Shown here piece after piece: positions 37,679 to 47,645 of a stretch of 48,559 bases of DNA (the stretch's first letter is position 1; the number at the start of each line of letters is the position of its first letter). Made by a program: the position numbers and the translations under genes. The notes below the pieces were generated by a model, which ran no database searches, was not told the origin of the DNA, and saw only the letters and a list, made by a program, of their open reading frames with translations. Source of the DNA: Candidatus Cloacimonadota bacterium (GTDB lineage: Bacteria; Cloacimonadota; Cloacimonadia; Cloacimonadales; TCS61); the NCBI GenBank assembly GCA_016935235.1, contig JAFGRJ010000024.1, positions 1 to 48,559 of the forward strand, given 5' to 3'.

Positions 37679-39097
37679 ATGAAAGCTGAAGGATGGAAGG
37701 ACAGACTGGTTTATCAAAGAAAAAATTTCTGGAAGACAGCAACTCCCCGGGAAAGGGAAGAAGCTCAAGTATTTGCTGCCGGGTATATGAAGTTTCTCAA
37801 CACCTGTAAAACAGAAAGAGAAACAGTTACCCATGTTGCCAGCCTGATGGAAAAAAAGGGATTCCATGACATCGATATTGTCGGTAAAGCTGACAGGCTT
37901 TTCAGGAGTGCTCGTGGCAAGAATCTTGCTCTGGCAGTAATCGGCAACCAGCCACTGACCGATGGCATTAATCTGATAGTATCTCATATTGATACGCCGC
38001 GGGTAGATTTGAAACAGAATCCTCTCAGCGAGGACAGTACCACTGAGCTTGCCGTTCTGCGTACCCATTACTACGGAGGTGTTAAGAAATATCAATGGAT
38101 GTCCACCCCCTTATCCCTGCATGGAGTTGTAATAAAGGATAATGGAGAAACAGTAAATATAAGCATAGGTGAGAAGGAGAAGGAGCCTGTGTTCATCATG
38201 CCGGATCTACTGCCCCATCTTGCTTCCCGAGAACAGTACAGCAAGAAGATCGGGGATGCTGTGTCCGCTTCTCACATGCAGGTTGTATTCGGATCTATGC
38301 CTTACGAAAAAGAAGCGGAAAAGTTGAAGGAGGCGGTTAAACTGAATATTCTCTATCTCCTGCATCAGAAATATGGTATCGTGGAAGAGGATCTTTTGAG
38401 CGCTGAATTACAGCTTGTACCTGCCGGGAAAGCCAGGAATGCCGGGCTCGATGGAAGCCTGATTTCAGCTTACGGACAGGATGACCGGGTTTGTGCTTAT
38501 GCCTCACTGCAGGCCTTATTTAGTCTGCAACCCGATAAACTGGATCGTACTGCTGTTATCTATCTGGCAGATAAAGAGGAAATCGGCAGTGAAAGTAACA
38601 CCGGTGCTAAATCAGCCTTCATGCTTGATTTCTTGGCAGATCTTCTGAAATATAATCAGGAATCCGCTGACAGTATGAATCTACGAAAAACCCTGATCAA
38701 AAGTCAGATAATATCTGCAGATGTGAATGCCGCCATTAATCCGAATTTCCCCGAAGTACACGAAAAAGACAATGCTGTTCATCTTGGCTTTGGCGTTAGT
38801 GTGACCAAATACACCGGCTCCCGGGGAAAAAGCATGACTAACGATGCCAATGCTGAATTCAACAGTAAGATTATCAGAATATTGAATGCGGCTGGAGTTA
38901 ACTGGCAGACTGGTATGCTGGGTAAAGTAGATGAAGGCGGCGGGGGTACTATTGCTAAGTTCATGGCCGAGTATGGTGCCGAAGTAATCGATTGTGGCCC
39001 TGGATTGCTTGGTATGCATTCACTTTATGAACTGAGCAGCAAGGCGGATGTCTATTCTGCCTATCGGGCATACCGGGCTTTTTTTGAAAAAGCCTGA
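37679..39097 (+). CDS. M18-family aminopeptidase
   Basis: 472 aa. VSHIDTPR, DDRVCAY and DKEEIGS motifs are typical of M18 aspartyl/aminopeptidase I-type enzymes. Confidence 0.75.
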   Translation: MKAEGWKDRLVYQRKNFWKTATPREREEAQVFAAGYMKFLNTCKTERETVTHVASLMEKKGFHDIDIVGKADRLFRSARGKNLALAVIGNQPLTDGINLIVSHIDTPRVDLKQNPLSEDSTTELAVLRTHYYGGVKKYQWMSTPLSLHGVVIKDNGETVNISIGEKEKEPVFIMPDLLPHLASREQYSKKIGDAVSASHMQVVFGSMPYEKEAEKLKEAVKLNILYLLHQKYGIVEEDLLSAELQLVPAGKARNAGLDGSLISAYGQDDRVCAYASLQALFSLQPDKLDRTAVIYLADKEEIGSESNTGAKSAFMLDFLADLLKYNQESADSMNLRKTLIKSQIISADVNAAINPNFPEVHEKDNAVHLGFGVSVTKYTGSRGKSMTNDANAEFNSKIIRILNAAGVNWQTGMLGKVDEGGGGTIAKFMAEYGAEVIDCGPGLLGMHSLYELSSKADVYSAYRAYRAFFEKA

Positions 39098-39124
39098 GAA
39101 GAAAAAATTGTCGTTGAGGAAAGA

Positions 39125-39859
39125 ATGAAAAAAATCTTATTTATATTGCTGGTGGTGTTTATTCTTCTATCCTGCAGTTCCAACAAAATAGACAGGAATC
39201 TGCCTGTTGCCAAGAAAATGCAGATTGCCAATGAGTTATACGATACTAAAAAATACCATAAGGCAATTCCTTACTATACAGATGTAGTTCTGGAAAGAAA
39301 TTCAGCATTTACTGCCGAGGCTCAGATGAAACTGGCAGATTGCTATTTCCTGCAGAATAAATTCCTTGATGCCAGATTTGAATATGAAGAAATGATCAGG
39401 CTTTTCAAGAATTATGAAAAGATCGCAGATGCCTATTTCCGGATTGGAGTATGCTACTACGAACAGTCTCTTAATGCCCATTATACTCAGGAAGAAACTT
39501 ACAAAGCCATCGACGCTTTCCAGACATTCCTTGATAAATTCCCCTTGAGTGATAAGAGACAAGAAGCAGTCGATTACATAGAAAAATGCCAGTACAAATT
39601 ACTGGAGAAAAAATTATACAATGGATATGCTTATTACAAAATATACGATTACAGTGCCGCTCTTATGTATTTCGATGAGATAATCGAGTTGAAGATGACC
39701 GATAAAATCGATAAAATGGCATTGTATTACAGTGCCCGTATCTATCTGAGAAGAAATGACAGGCAGAATGTTGATTTGATACTGGAGAAAATGAAGAATA
39801 AATATCCTGAGAGCAAAGAAATCATTAAAATCGAGAACATGATAAACAGTATGAACTGA
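39125..39859 (+). CDS. bamD: Outer membrane protein assembly factor BamD-like TPR lipoprotein
   Basis: 244 aa with lipobox LLSCSS and TPR-like repeats (YDTKKYHKAIPYYTDV, MKLADCYFLQNKFLDARFEY). Confidence 0.7.
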   Translation: MKKILFILLVVFILLSCSSNKIDRNLPVAKKMQIANELYDTKKYHKAIPYYTDVVLERNSAFTAEAQMKLADCYFLQNKFLDARFEYEEMIRLFKNYEKIADAYFRIGVCYYEQSLNAHYTQEETYKAIDAFQTFLDKFPLSDKRQEAVDYIEKCQYKLLEKKLYNGYAYYKIYDYSAALMYFDEIIELKMTDKIDKMALYYSARIYLRRNDRQNVDLILEKMKNKYPESKEIIKIENMINSMN

Positions 39860-39923
39860 GATTTATCATAATACAAAGTTATTTATTTCTCGCCTGATCA
39901 TATTTATATTATAACTTATTAAT

Positions 39924-41219
39924 ATGAAATATAAAGCATATACACTCGAAAATTTTCGGGAGATCAGGCAAATCAATCAATTGGAAGAGGAGCTTCTCTT
40001 TGATATTGAAGTCGTTGCCCATGTTCTGCCATTCAAGGTAAATAATTATGTAGTGGATGAATTGATTGACTGGAGTGATCCAGTCAATGATCCTATTTTC
40101 AGGATGACCTTCCCGCAGAGAGATATGCTTAAACCGGAGCATTATGCGGCAATAGCTGTCCTGATAAAATCAGGGGCTGACCGGGGTATTGTACGTCAAG
40201 AAGCAAACCGCATCAGATTGCAGCTTAATCCGCATCCAGCCAAGCAGCTCGAGAAGAATATACCTGTTCTGGAAGGTGTAAAGTTAAGAGGATTGCAACA
40301 TAAATACCGGGAAACCCTTCTTTTTTTCCCGATCAAGGGTCAAACCTGTCATGCCTATTGCACCTTCTGTTTTCGCTGGCCACAATTTGTGGGCATGAAT
40401 AAGCTTAAAATTGCCATGTCACGATCCGAAGAACTGATTGAATATCTGAAAAGACATTCAGAGATTACTGATCTCCTTATAACCGGTGGCGACCCTCTCA
40501 TTATGAAGACCAGATTCATCAGGATGATATTTGATAAAATAAATTCTGCCAATCTGCGTAACCTGATCAATATCCGGATAGGTTCCAAAGCCCTTTCCTA
40601 TTGGCCCTATCGTTTTCTGGAAGATGATGATGCCGAGGATCTTCTGGAACTCTTCCGCGAAGTCAACCAGAAAGGAAGAAGACTTGCTTTTATGGCTCAT
40701 TTCAATCATCAGAAAGAACTAAATACCAAATCTGCCAGAGAGGCTGTAAAAAGGATCCTCTCGACCGGAAGCATCATCAGATCTCAAGCACCTATTCTCA
40801 GAAATATCAACGATAAGCCAGCCATCTGGCAGAAGATGTGGAAAAAGCAGGTCAGAATGGGAATCATACCGTATTATATGTTTGTCCCCCGTAATACCGG
40901 AGCACAGCATTATTTCGCCACACCTCTGGTAAAAATCTGGGAAATATTCAAGGAAGCTTACCAGCAGGTCAGTGGACTCTGCCGTACGGTTAGAGGACCC
41001 ATAATGTCTGCTGATCCGGGGAAAATTCAGATATTGGGGGTTGATCAGGTTAAGGGAGAAAAAGTAATAGCACTGCAGTTCATACAGGGCAGAAATCCTG
41101 ATTGGGTGATGCGCCCATTTTTCGCCCGGTACGACGAAAAAGCTGTCTGGCGTACCCAGCTCGTTCCGGCGTTTGATAGAGATAAGTTCTTTTATGAAGA
41201 GGATCTGAGCAATGGCTAA
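39924..41219 (+). CDS. KamA-family (lysine 2,3-aminomutase-like) radical SAM protein
   Basis: 431 aa with the CHAYCTFCFRW CxxxCxxC cluster motif, then ITGGDPL, as in the KamA family. Confidence 0.7.
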   Translation: MKYKAYTLENFREIRQINQLEEELLFDIEVVAHVLPFKVNNYVVDELIDWSDPVNDPIFRMTFPQRDMLKPEHYAAIAVLIKSGADRGIVRQEANRIRLQLNPHPAKQLEKNIPVLEGVKLRGLQHKYRETLLFFPIKGQTCHAYCTFCFRWPQFVGMNKLKIAMSRSEELIEYLKRHSEITDLLITGGDPLIMKTRFIRMIFDKINSANLRNLINIRIGSKALSYWPYRFLEDDDAEDLLELFREVNQKGRRLAFMAHFNHQKELNTKSAREAVKRILSTGSIIRSQAPILRNINDKPAIWQKMWKKQVRMGIIPYYMFVPRNTGAQHYFATPLVKIWEIFKEAYQQVSGLCRTVRGPIMSADPGKIQILGVDQVKGEKVIALQFIQGRNPDWVMRPFFARYDEKAVWRTQLVPAFDRDKFFYEEDLSNG

Positions 41220-41844
41220 GATCGGATTACTGGGAGGCTCATTTAATCCCATCCATAACGGTCATCTGGCTCTGGCCCGGGTTGCTCTGGAAAAACTTGT
41301 TCTGGACGAAGTCTGGTTTTTACCTACCGGGAATCATCCTCTTAAGAACAGCGGAGAAATTATTGATATAAAATCACGCTTGAAACTTCTTCATAAGGCT
41401 ATTGCCATTTATCCGCGCTTCAAAGTATCGGAACTTGATGCGACGGACTCAACTCCGAGTTATACAGATATACTCATCAAGAAAATATTCAGACAACATC
41501 AGAAGGACGAGTTCTTCTTTCTGGCAGGAGATGATATTATCGTTGAACTTCCCCGTTGGCATAATTTCCGCTGGCTGCTTGACAACATTACTTTTGTTAT
41601 TTTCACCCGGGACAAGGTTAATAAAAAAAACTGGCAGGAGCGGGATTTTGGCGACAGGATGATATTCTTGCCGATGGAACCTGTTCCCATATCATCCCGC
41701 CAGATACGCCGGAGAATAGAAGAAGGCACCAGTATAAAAGGACTTGTTCCTGATATCATCGAGAAAGAAATTGTCAGATTGTATAAAAGAAATAAACAGA
41801 AAACTGCAGAGGGGTTATCTCAATCCTCTTCTTCGAGACGATAG
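41212..41844 (+). CDS. nadD: Nicotinate-nucleotide adenylyltransferase
   Basis: 210 aa. GGSFNPIHNGH (the HxGH motif) and an ISSRQIR C-terminal motif. Overlaps the KamA-family gene by 8 nt. Confidence 0.9.
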   Translation: MAKIGLLGGSFNPIHNGHLALARVALEKLVLDEVWFLPTGNHPLKNSGEIIDIKSRLKLLHKAIAIYPRFKVSELDATDSTPSYTDILIKKIFRQHQKDEFFFLAGDDIIVELPRWHNFRWLLDNITFVIFTRDKVNKKNWQERDFGDRMIFLPMEPVPISSRQIRRRIEEGTSIKGLVPDIIEKEIVRLYKRNKQKTAEGLSQSSSSRR

Positions 41845-42446
41845 ATTTTGAACCATTCAGCGTTCAGTATGGCGTAGCCATTACCAGTTGCATTAAGCGT
41901 CCAGACATTTAAACTGACCTCGGCAATTTCTCCGGGATCATCCATAAAAAATAAATCCTTCTCTGCACCGTTTGCAAGTAGATATACAAGTTCATCTTCC
42001 TGCTCGTATTTGAGACCGATCACACCATTGTAGTAGTTGAACAGCTCGTATTGAGTGAAGCTGATAGAGATGAAACCATTATCGAATATCATGGTTATAC
42101 TGCAATCGCCGGTATTGTAAGCTACAGAATTGATGATCTTGAATTCAAGGAGCAGATCGTATCCGGTGCAGAGGTCGACAAGTGAATCGGGGAAGGTATA
42201 AATTGCCGCTGCCGTTGTATTACCAGTACCTCCCTGTGCACCCAGTTTAAGTTGTCCCTCCCCGATAACAGCCCAGGCAGTATCGTTCAGAACAGAATTG
42301 TATACAGGTAACAATGTCCATCCCATATTCTGATCGAAATCATCCTGGTGAATGTCTATATAGATGAAATCGGGTTCACTGCTCCTTCTGATGTCACAAC
42401 CGCTTATCACAGTCGTTAAGACCAGTAAAAACAGGAATGTTCTCAT
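41820..42446 (-). CDS. Hypothetical lipoprotein
   Basis: 208 aa with lipobox VISGC and a beta-rich sequence. Its 3' end overlaps nadD convergently by 25 nt. Confidence 0.55.
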   Translation of the reverse strand: MRTFLFLLVLTTVISGCDIRRSSEPDFIYIDIHQDDFDQNMGWTLLPVYNSVLNDTAWAVIGEGQLKLGAQGGTGNTTAAAIYTFPDSLVDLCTGYDLLLEFKIINSVAYNTGDCSITMIFDNGFISISFTQYELFNYYNGVIGLKYEQEDELVYLLANGAEKDLFFMDDPGEIAEVSLNVWTLNATGNGYAILNAEWFKIYRLEEED

Positions 42447-42475
42447 TTCAACCTCACTTTATGGAAATATACTGG

Positions 42476-42504
42476 ATTAAAGCCGGAACAGAAGGGGATG
42501 TCAA
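42476..42504 (-). promoter_or_regulatory. Candidate sigma-70-type promoter for the lipoprotein gene
   Basis: The minus strand reads TTGACA, a 17-nt spacer, then TTTAAT, about 30 nt upstream of the ATG at 42446, which has a GAGG RBS. This is motif evidence only, and FCB-type promoters may differ. Confidence 0.25.
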
Positions 42505-42554
42505 TCAAAAAGGTCTGGAAAATCCTATTTCAGGCGTTTTAACAGGATTCTTTT

Positions 42555-43979
42555 TTACAGACTGTAGTACAGGTTCATTTCAAAAGGATGAGGGCGATTT
42601 CTGACAGCAACAACCTCCTTGGTCTTTTCCTGAATCCAGCTTTCGATCATGTCCCGATTGAATACATCTCCCTGCAGCAGGTATTCGTGATCCTGCTGCA
42701 ATGCTTCCAGTGCTTCTTCCAGGGAGGAGGGGATGGAATGCAGCTTATTCTGCCTTTCTTCGCTCCAATTAAAAACGTTGTCATCATAGGGACCGTAGCC
42801 ATTTTTCGGATCAGGTTTGATTTTTTTGTCTATGCCGTCCAGTCCAGCCATCAGCAATGCGCTCATAGCCAGGTAATAATTACAGGTACCATCTCCAGTG
42901 CGGAATTCTATCCTTTTTGCTTCTGCACTGGTGGCGTATTTGGGGATGCGGATGGCAGCACTGCGATTAGCCAGTCCGAAAAATAGCTTAACGGGGGCTT
43001 CAAAACCGGGTAACAGACGTTTGTAGGAATTAGTGCTGGGATTGGTGAAAGCAGTCAGGGAACGACCATGTTTCAGAATACCGCCGATGAAACAGAGAGC
43101 ATCTTCTGAAAGGTCAGCATAGTTACCTTTTTTGTAAAAGACGTTCTTTCCGTTTTTTCGCAGTTGAATATGAAAATGCATACCATTACCAGCCTCATCG
43201 TATATGGGTTTAGGCATGAAGGTGGCGGTAAGGTCGTTCTTCAGGGCACAATTGTGGATGATATCCTTTATGTACATCATCCTGTCCGTTATGAAGCTGA
43301 ATTCCAGCAGTTCCGTTTCTATTTCCTGCTGGCCCGAAAGACCCACTTCATGATGATGATACCTGATGGGGCAGCCGATGTTTTCGATCAGTCGCACCAT
43401 CTCATCCCGCACATGGGCATATTTATCGAAAGGGATATCTATATGATAACCTTTACGGTTGGCAACGGCAGTACCGTCGATATCCTTGTATCCAAAAGGG
43501 AGATCTTCTTTGTTTTCAGCGGAAGTGAATTTATAACCCGCGGAGAATTTACCGTTATGAATTTCAGCTTCGTTGAAGAGGTAGAACTCAAATTCGGGTA
43601 TCCAGTAGGATTCATCGGCTACCCCGGTGTTTTTCATATACTCCTGCGCTCTATGAGCTACGCTGCGTGAATCTTTCCTGACACCGACACGAGTGTCGGC
43701 ATCACACACGGAGCAGAGCATTCTCAGGGTGGGGCTAGCCAGGAAAGGGTCGATGATCGCACTGTTCAGATCGGGCATCAGGATCATATCTCCGGCTTCA
43801 ACAGACCGCATTCCGGGAATGCTGGAGCCATCGAAGGGTATGCCATGCTCGAGCACAAAATCGAGCCGACGGGAAGGAAAGGAAATGTGATACCAGTTAC
43901 AGACAAGATCGGGATATTTCAGATCAACAGTTTTTATGTTATTTCGGGAGATTAATTCTTTTAACTCTTCCAGATTCAT
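42555..43979 (-). CDS. glnA: Glutamine synthetase, type I
   Basis: 474 aa. DLKYPDL...FDGSSIPG at the N-terminus, MPKPIYDEAGNGMHFH, and NPSTNSYKRL motifs. Confidence 0.93.
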   Translation of the reverse strand: MNLEELKELISRNNIKTVDLKYPDLVCNWYHISFPSRRLDFVLEHGIPFDGSSIPGMRSVEAGDMILMPDLNSAIIDPFLASPTLRMLCSVCDADTRVGVRKDSRSVAHRAQEYMKNTGVADESYWIPEFEFYLFNEAEIHNGKFSAGYKFTSAENKEDLPFGYKDIDGTAVANRKGYHIDIPFDKYAHVRDEMVRLIENIGCPIRYHHHEVGLSGQQEIETELLEFSFITDRMMYIKDIIHNCALKNDLTATFMPKPIYDEAGNGMHFHIQLRKNGKNVFYKKGNYADLSEDALCFIGGILKHGRSLTAFTNPSTNSYKRLLPGFEAPVKLFFGLANRSAAIRIPKYATSAEAKRIEFRTGDGTCNYYLAMSALLMAGLDGIDKKIKPDPKNGYGPYDDNVFNWSEERQNKLHSIPSSLEEALEALQQDHEYLLQGDVFNRDMIESWIQEKTKEVVAVRNRPHPFEMNLYYSL

Positions 43980-43997
43980 ATCAACTCCTGAAAATTA

Positions 43998-44648
43998 TTA
44001 TAGAGTAATGCCAGTTAACAGTTTAAGAAAAAAGTTCAGGGGCGGCATGATGATTGAACCAATAATATTGAGCCTGAAAACAAAAGATATCACCAGGATG
44101 ATAATCAGTATCTGGGCTCCCTGCCTCTCTCTGGCTGTGTAACGGTAGTAAGCCCGATCGGAAAGGAAGCCTCCCAGGATCTTGGAACCATCCATGGGTG
44201 GAATAGGAATAAGATTGAAAAGACCGAGAGCCAGATTGATGAGTATCGAGTAAAGCAGCATACTTAACCAGAACTGGGCAACCGGGCTGCCATAATATAT
44301 AATGCCGGGATTGGCTGCCTTGATGGTATTAAAGATCAGGGATAATATGATCGCCATGACGAAATTCGCCCCGGGCCCAGCAGCTGCCGAAAGCGCCATG
44401 TCTCTTTTCATGTTGTTGAAATTGTAAGGATTTATAGGTACAGGTTTTGCCCAGCCAATGCGGGCAATAAAAAGCATGATCAGACCCAGGGGATCAATGT
44501 GAGATATCGGATTTAAAGTAAGCCGACCGGCTTTCTTCGCAGTATCATCCCCCAGCAGATAAGCCACCATGCCATGGCTGAATTCATGTATAGTAATTGT
44601 CAACAACAGAATCGGCAGTTGTATCAGCAAAGTTGCAAAGGTACTCAT
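43998..44648 (-). CDS. M50-family site-2 protease-like membrane metalloprotease
   Basis: 216 aa, polytopic, with HEFSHG (HExxH) in TM1 and NLIPIPPMDG. Confidence 0.85.
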   Translation of the reverse strand: MSTFATLLIQLPILLLTITIHEFSHGMVAYLLGDDTAKKAGRLTLNPISHIDPLGLIMLFIARIGWAKPVPINPYNFNNMKRDMALSAAAGPGANFVMAIILSLIFNTIKAANPGIIYYGSPVAQFWLSMLLYSILINLALGLFNLIPIPPMDGSKILGGFLSDRAYYRYTARERQGAQILIIILVISFVFRLNIIGSIIMPPLNFFLKLLTGITL

Positions 44649-44711
44649 TTTAAGACCACACCTCTTTGATTTTTAATATAAAAACTACTTGGAATTCTGT
44701 CGCCAGCAATT

Positions 44712-45926
44712 TTATAAAATTTCCTGGTCCTGTTTTATGACTTTCAGAAATCTTCTTTTTCCCACCTTGACCACACCAGGACAACCCACCTTGTAAAATA
44801 TATCTGTTATCTTATTGCCATCAATACTTATGGCATTCTGCCTGATCATCCTGCGCACTTCGCCGCTGGAACTGCAGATGCCTGATTCCACAAGCAGCTC
44901 TATTATACCTATTTTATCAGTTCCAAGCATGTATTCCTGCATATTATCAGGATTTTCTCTCATGCTGAAAACCTGTTCAAATTCTGCCTCAGCGGCAGTG
45001 GCAGCTTCCCTGCCATGATAAAGGGAGACTATTTCCCTGGCCAGGCGTTTTTTCAGCAACATGGGATTTATACTCCTGTTCTGAAGTTGCTGACCGATCT
45101 GTTCGATTTCTGACTGAGGTAACAGGGTGGCATGATTGAAATAATTCAGGATAAGATCATCGGGAATGGACATCACCTTGCCGTATTTCTCGGCAGGAGG
45201 GTCGAAGACTGCAATATAATTGTTCAGACTTTTGCTCATCTTTTCCTTGCCATCGGTTCCCATCAGGATGGGAGACAGAATCGCAACCTGCTCCTCCATG
45301 GCGAAATAATGCTGCATGTCCCTGCCAGCCAGAATATTGAATTTCTGCTCAGTAGCCCCCAGCTCTACATCAGCAGCAACAGCAACGGAATCATAAGCCT
45401 GCAGGATGGGATACATGAGCTCGTGCATACCAAGGGCAAGTCCCTCTTCGTATCGCCGGCGAAAAGTGTCGTGAGCCATGAACTGAGCGAGGGTATATTT
45501 CCCCATTAATCTAAGTACGTCGGACATGCTCATTCCACCAAACCATTCTGTTTGCCAGCGAACCTCGGTACGCTTCGGGTCAAGCACCGTATAAAGCTGA
45601 TCCATATATTTTTCTGCGTTCTTCTTAATTTCCTCCGGTGTTAGAGGGGGACGTGATTCATCCCTGCCGGTAGGATCACCAATCCTGGCGGTGAAATCGC
45701 CGATGATGATTACACCGAGATGTCCCAGATCCTGAAACTCCCTCATTTTTCTGATAGGTACCAGATGCCCGATGTGAACATCATAACCGGTGGGATCAAT
45801 GCCGTATTTTATGCGCAGCGGATTTCCACTGGAATGGGCTTTCTTGAGCTTACTGATCATATCCTCTTCGGTTATGATCTCTTCCGTTCCCCGGCGGATT
45901 ATCTTGAGTTCCTGCTCGAATTTCAT
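44712..45926 (-). CDS. tyrS: Tyrosine--tRNA ligase
   Basis: HIGH motif (VHIGHLV), KMSKS and a C-terminal S4-like domain. I prefer the ATG at 45926, preceded by AGAGGAAAGGA, over the upstream ATG at 45980. Confidence 0.9.
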   Translation of the reverse strand: MKFEQELKIIRRGTEEIITEEDMISKLKKAHSSGNPLRIKYGIDPTGYDVHIGHLVPIRKMREFQDLGHLGVIIIGDFTARIGDPTGRDESRPPLTPEEIKKNAEKYMDQLYTVLDPKRTEVRWQTEWFGGMSMSDVLRLMGKYTLAQFMAHDTFRRRYEEGLALGMHELMYPILQAYDSVAVAADVELGATEQKFNILAGRDMQHYFAMEEQVAILSPILMGTDGKEKMSKSLNNYIAVFDPPAEKYGKVMSIPDDLILNYFNHATLLPQSEIEQIGQQLQNRSINPMLLKKRLAREIVSLYHGREAATAAEAEFEQVFSMRENPDNMQEYMLGTDKIGIIELLVESGICSSSGEVRRMIRQNAISIDGNKITDIFYKVGCPGVVKVGKRRFLKVIKQDQEIL

Positions 45927-46324
45927 ATTCCTTTCCTCTTTAAGGTGTTCAAATACCTTTTTAATGAGGTTCGTTGTCAATTATTTTAACAATAATCTTC
46001 CTGTGGAGCTGATCCCGGCATTATATCTAAAAAAACAAGGAGGATAATTTGCTGATTTTAAATTACATTATGAGAATAAGAACGGACATTAATTATTACT
46101 GTGAAGTTTTTTTACTTCAGGAGATGATCTACAGCGTGATCTTCCGGGAATGAGATAGTCTGGGACTGATCAGAGAGAAGACAAAGGTGTTGATAGAAAA
46201 GTCAACATTGTAGGGGAAAAAATATTTTTAATGGAATATTTTATGCTATATTTAATTATAAAGTATAAATTTATAATTAGTGATATTACATTCCTGAAAA
46301 TTTTTTTGGATGAGGGAGGTTGCC

Positions 46325-47560
46325 ATGAAAAAGTCATTTCTCCTGTTAATCCTGTTAATACCTTTAACCTGTGATGCCTATTTCTGGAGTGCCATCGGTC
46401 CCCAGGGCATCATTGTGAATGATTTTTATGTAAAGCAGATAGGGCAGATGTATGAAATTATTTGTGCTGAGGACGGTTTATATATCTTTGCCGGCGATGA
46501 ATGGATTAATTATAATTATGGCTACCTGCCGGCTGTAGCAGCCACAGATCATCAGGAAACAGATTTTCTGGTGATTCTGGCAGATGGCAGTTGGTCGGAC
46601 GGTATCTATATTTTCAATCTCATCACTCACGAGCATGAAATTCAGGAATGGTGTTATTACCCTAATTTTATCCTGTACTGCAGCAGTAATTCCAGGTATT
46701 ATGTTGGTTACTACTACGGATTGTATGAATCGCTGAATGGGACTGATTGGAATGATATACCTTTTTTTTCTGGAATAAACTGTACAGCCATGGCTTATCG
46801 GGAAAATCATCTGGTAGTGGCTGAAATGAGTAACCTGGCCAGGGTATACTATTCCGATGACTATGGCGAGAATTGGAATACAGCCGCCCAGGCACCTTTC
46901 ATTAATGACATGATTTTTCATGAAAATGATATTCTCTATGCCATTTTTCCTGATACCAGCAATTCATCGGGGATATGGAAGTCAGAGAATTATGGAGCCA
47001 GCTGGTCTTCAGTTCTCTATTGTGATGGCATGACCAGTATCAATCACGATTTTGACAGTAATATCTTTGTCGGCTGGGGCAATTCATTTTCCACCAGATA
47101 TGAAGGAGTTGCCCGGTGGAACCCGGATACAAATCAGCTATTTGAAATGAATGAAGGATTACCCGATACAGAGATCAATCATCTGACCGTACACCCGGTA
47201 GTTGATTGTGTCAATATCGTTGCCTGCACCGGGAACGGGGTCTATATGCTTACAGACTATCAGGTGAGCAAGGGAAACGAGATAGTGCAGTATAAAACGG
47301 AATTGTACAATAATCCCAATCCCTTTAATCCGACCACAACAATTCACTTTTCTCTTATCGGTTATCCCGACGGTATTCTGGAAATTTTTAATCTGCTGGG
47401 GCAGAAGGTAAAGGTTATCGAACTAAATGGCAATACGGGTAGTGTGAACTGGAATGGACACGATTATAATGGGCGAGCAGTGCCTTCTGGGGTCTATCTG
47501 TATCGTATCACTACTGCCAAGAGAAACACCCAGCTGCGTAAGATGACTCTCCTCAAATAA
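46325..47560 (+). CDS. Secreted Asp-box (BNR) beta-propeller protein with T9SS-type C-terminal sorting domain
   Basis: ATG at 46325 after GAGGGAGG, followed by a signal peptide. Asp-box-like repeats (SLNGTDW, SDDYGENW, SENYGASW). The C-terminus is NPNPFNPTTTIHFSL...SGVYLYRI...MTLLK. Confidence 0.75.
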   Translation: MKKSFLLLILLIPLTCDAYFWSAIGPQGIIVNDFYVKQIGQMYEIICAEDGLYIFAGDEWINYNYGYLPAVAATDHQETDFLVILADGSWSDGIYIFNLITHEHEIQEWCYYPNFILYCSSNSRYYVGYYYGLYESLNGTDWNDIPFFSGINCTAMAYRENHLVVAEMSNLARVYYSDDYGENWNTAAQAPFINDMIFHENDILYAIFPDTSNSSGIWKSENYGASWSSVLYCDGMTSINHDFDSNIFVGWGNSFSTRYEGVARWNPDTNQLFEMNEGLPDTEINHLTVHPVVDCVNIVACTGNGVYMLTDYQVSKGNEIVQYKTELYNNPNPFNPTTTIHFSLIGYPDGILEIFNLLGQKVKVIELNGNTGSVNWNGHDYNGRAVPSGVYLYRITTAKRNTQLRKMTLLK

Positions 47561-47645
47561 ATGATTTGAGGTTGTCGTCAGCATATTTTTAGGTTATCAT
47601 CTTAAGATTAAATAGCTCTGAGTGGATATGGCAAGGAGGATGAAA

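Noticed and set aside
39924-41219. The KamA-family radical SAM gene as the EpmB partner that beta-lysylates the conserved Lys of EF-P.
   Set aside because: It is 12 kb from efp and translationally coupled to nadD instead. At 431 aa it is much longer than EpmB-type proteins. No EpmA/PoxA-like gene is in the window, so a link is unsupported.
41820-41844. 25-nt convergent overlap between the nadD 3' end and the lipoprotein 3' end, as a possible antisense regulatory arrangement.
   Set aside because: Short convergent overlaps are common in compact genomes. The nadD tail (QSSSSRR) is low-complexity and may simply run to the first stop. No structure is evident.
45927-46324. Possible T-box leader or other riboswitch upstream of tyrS.
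   Set aside because: No T-box core (GGTGGTACC-like) or specifier/terminator architecture is visible on the tyrS strand. I saw only short AT-rich hairpins (for example TGAAGT/ACTTCA at 46102-46119, and a TGTTGA/TCAACA hairpin near 46189-46208) without U-tracts. The region looks like an AT-rich divergent promoter.
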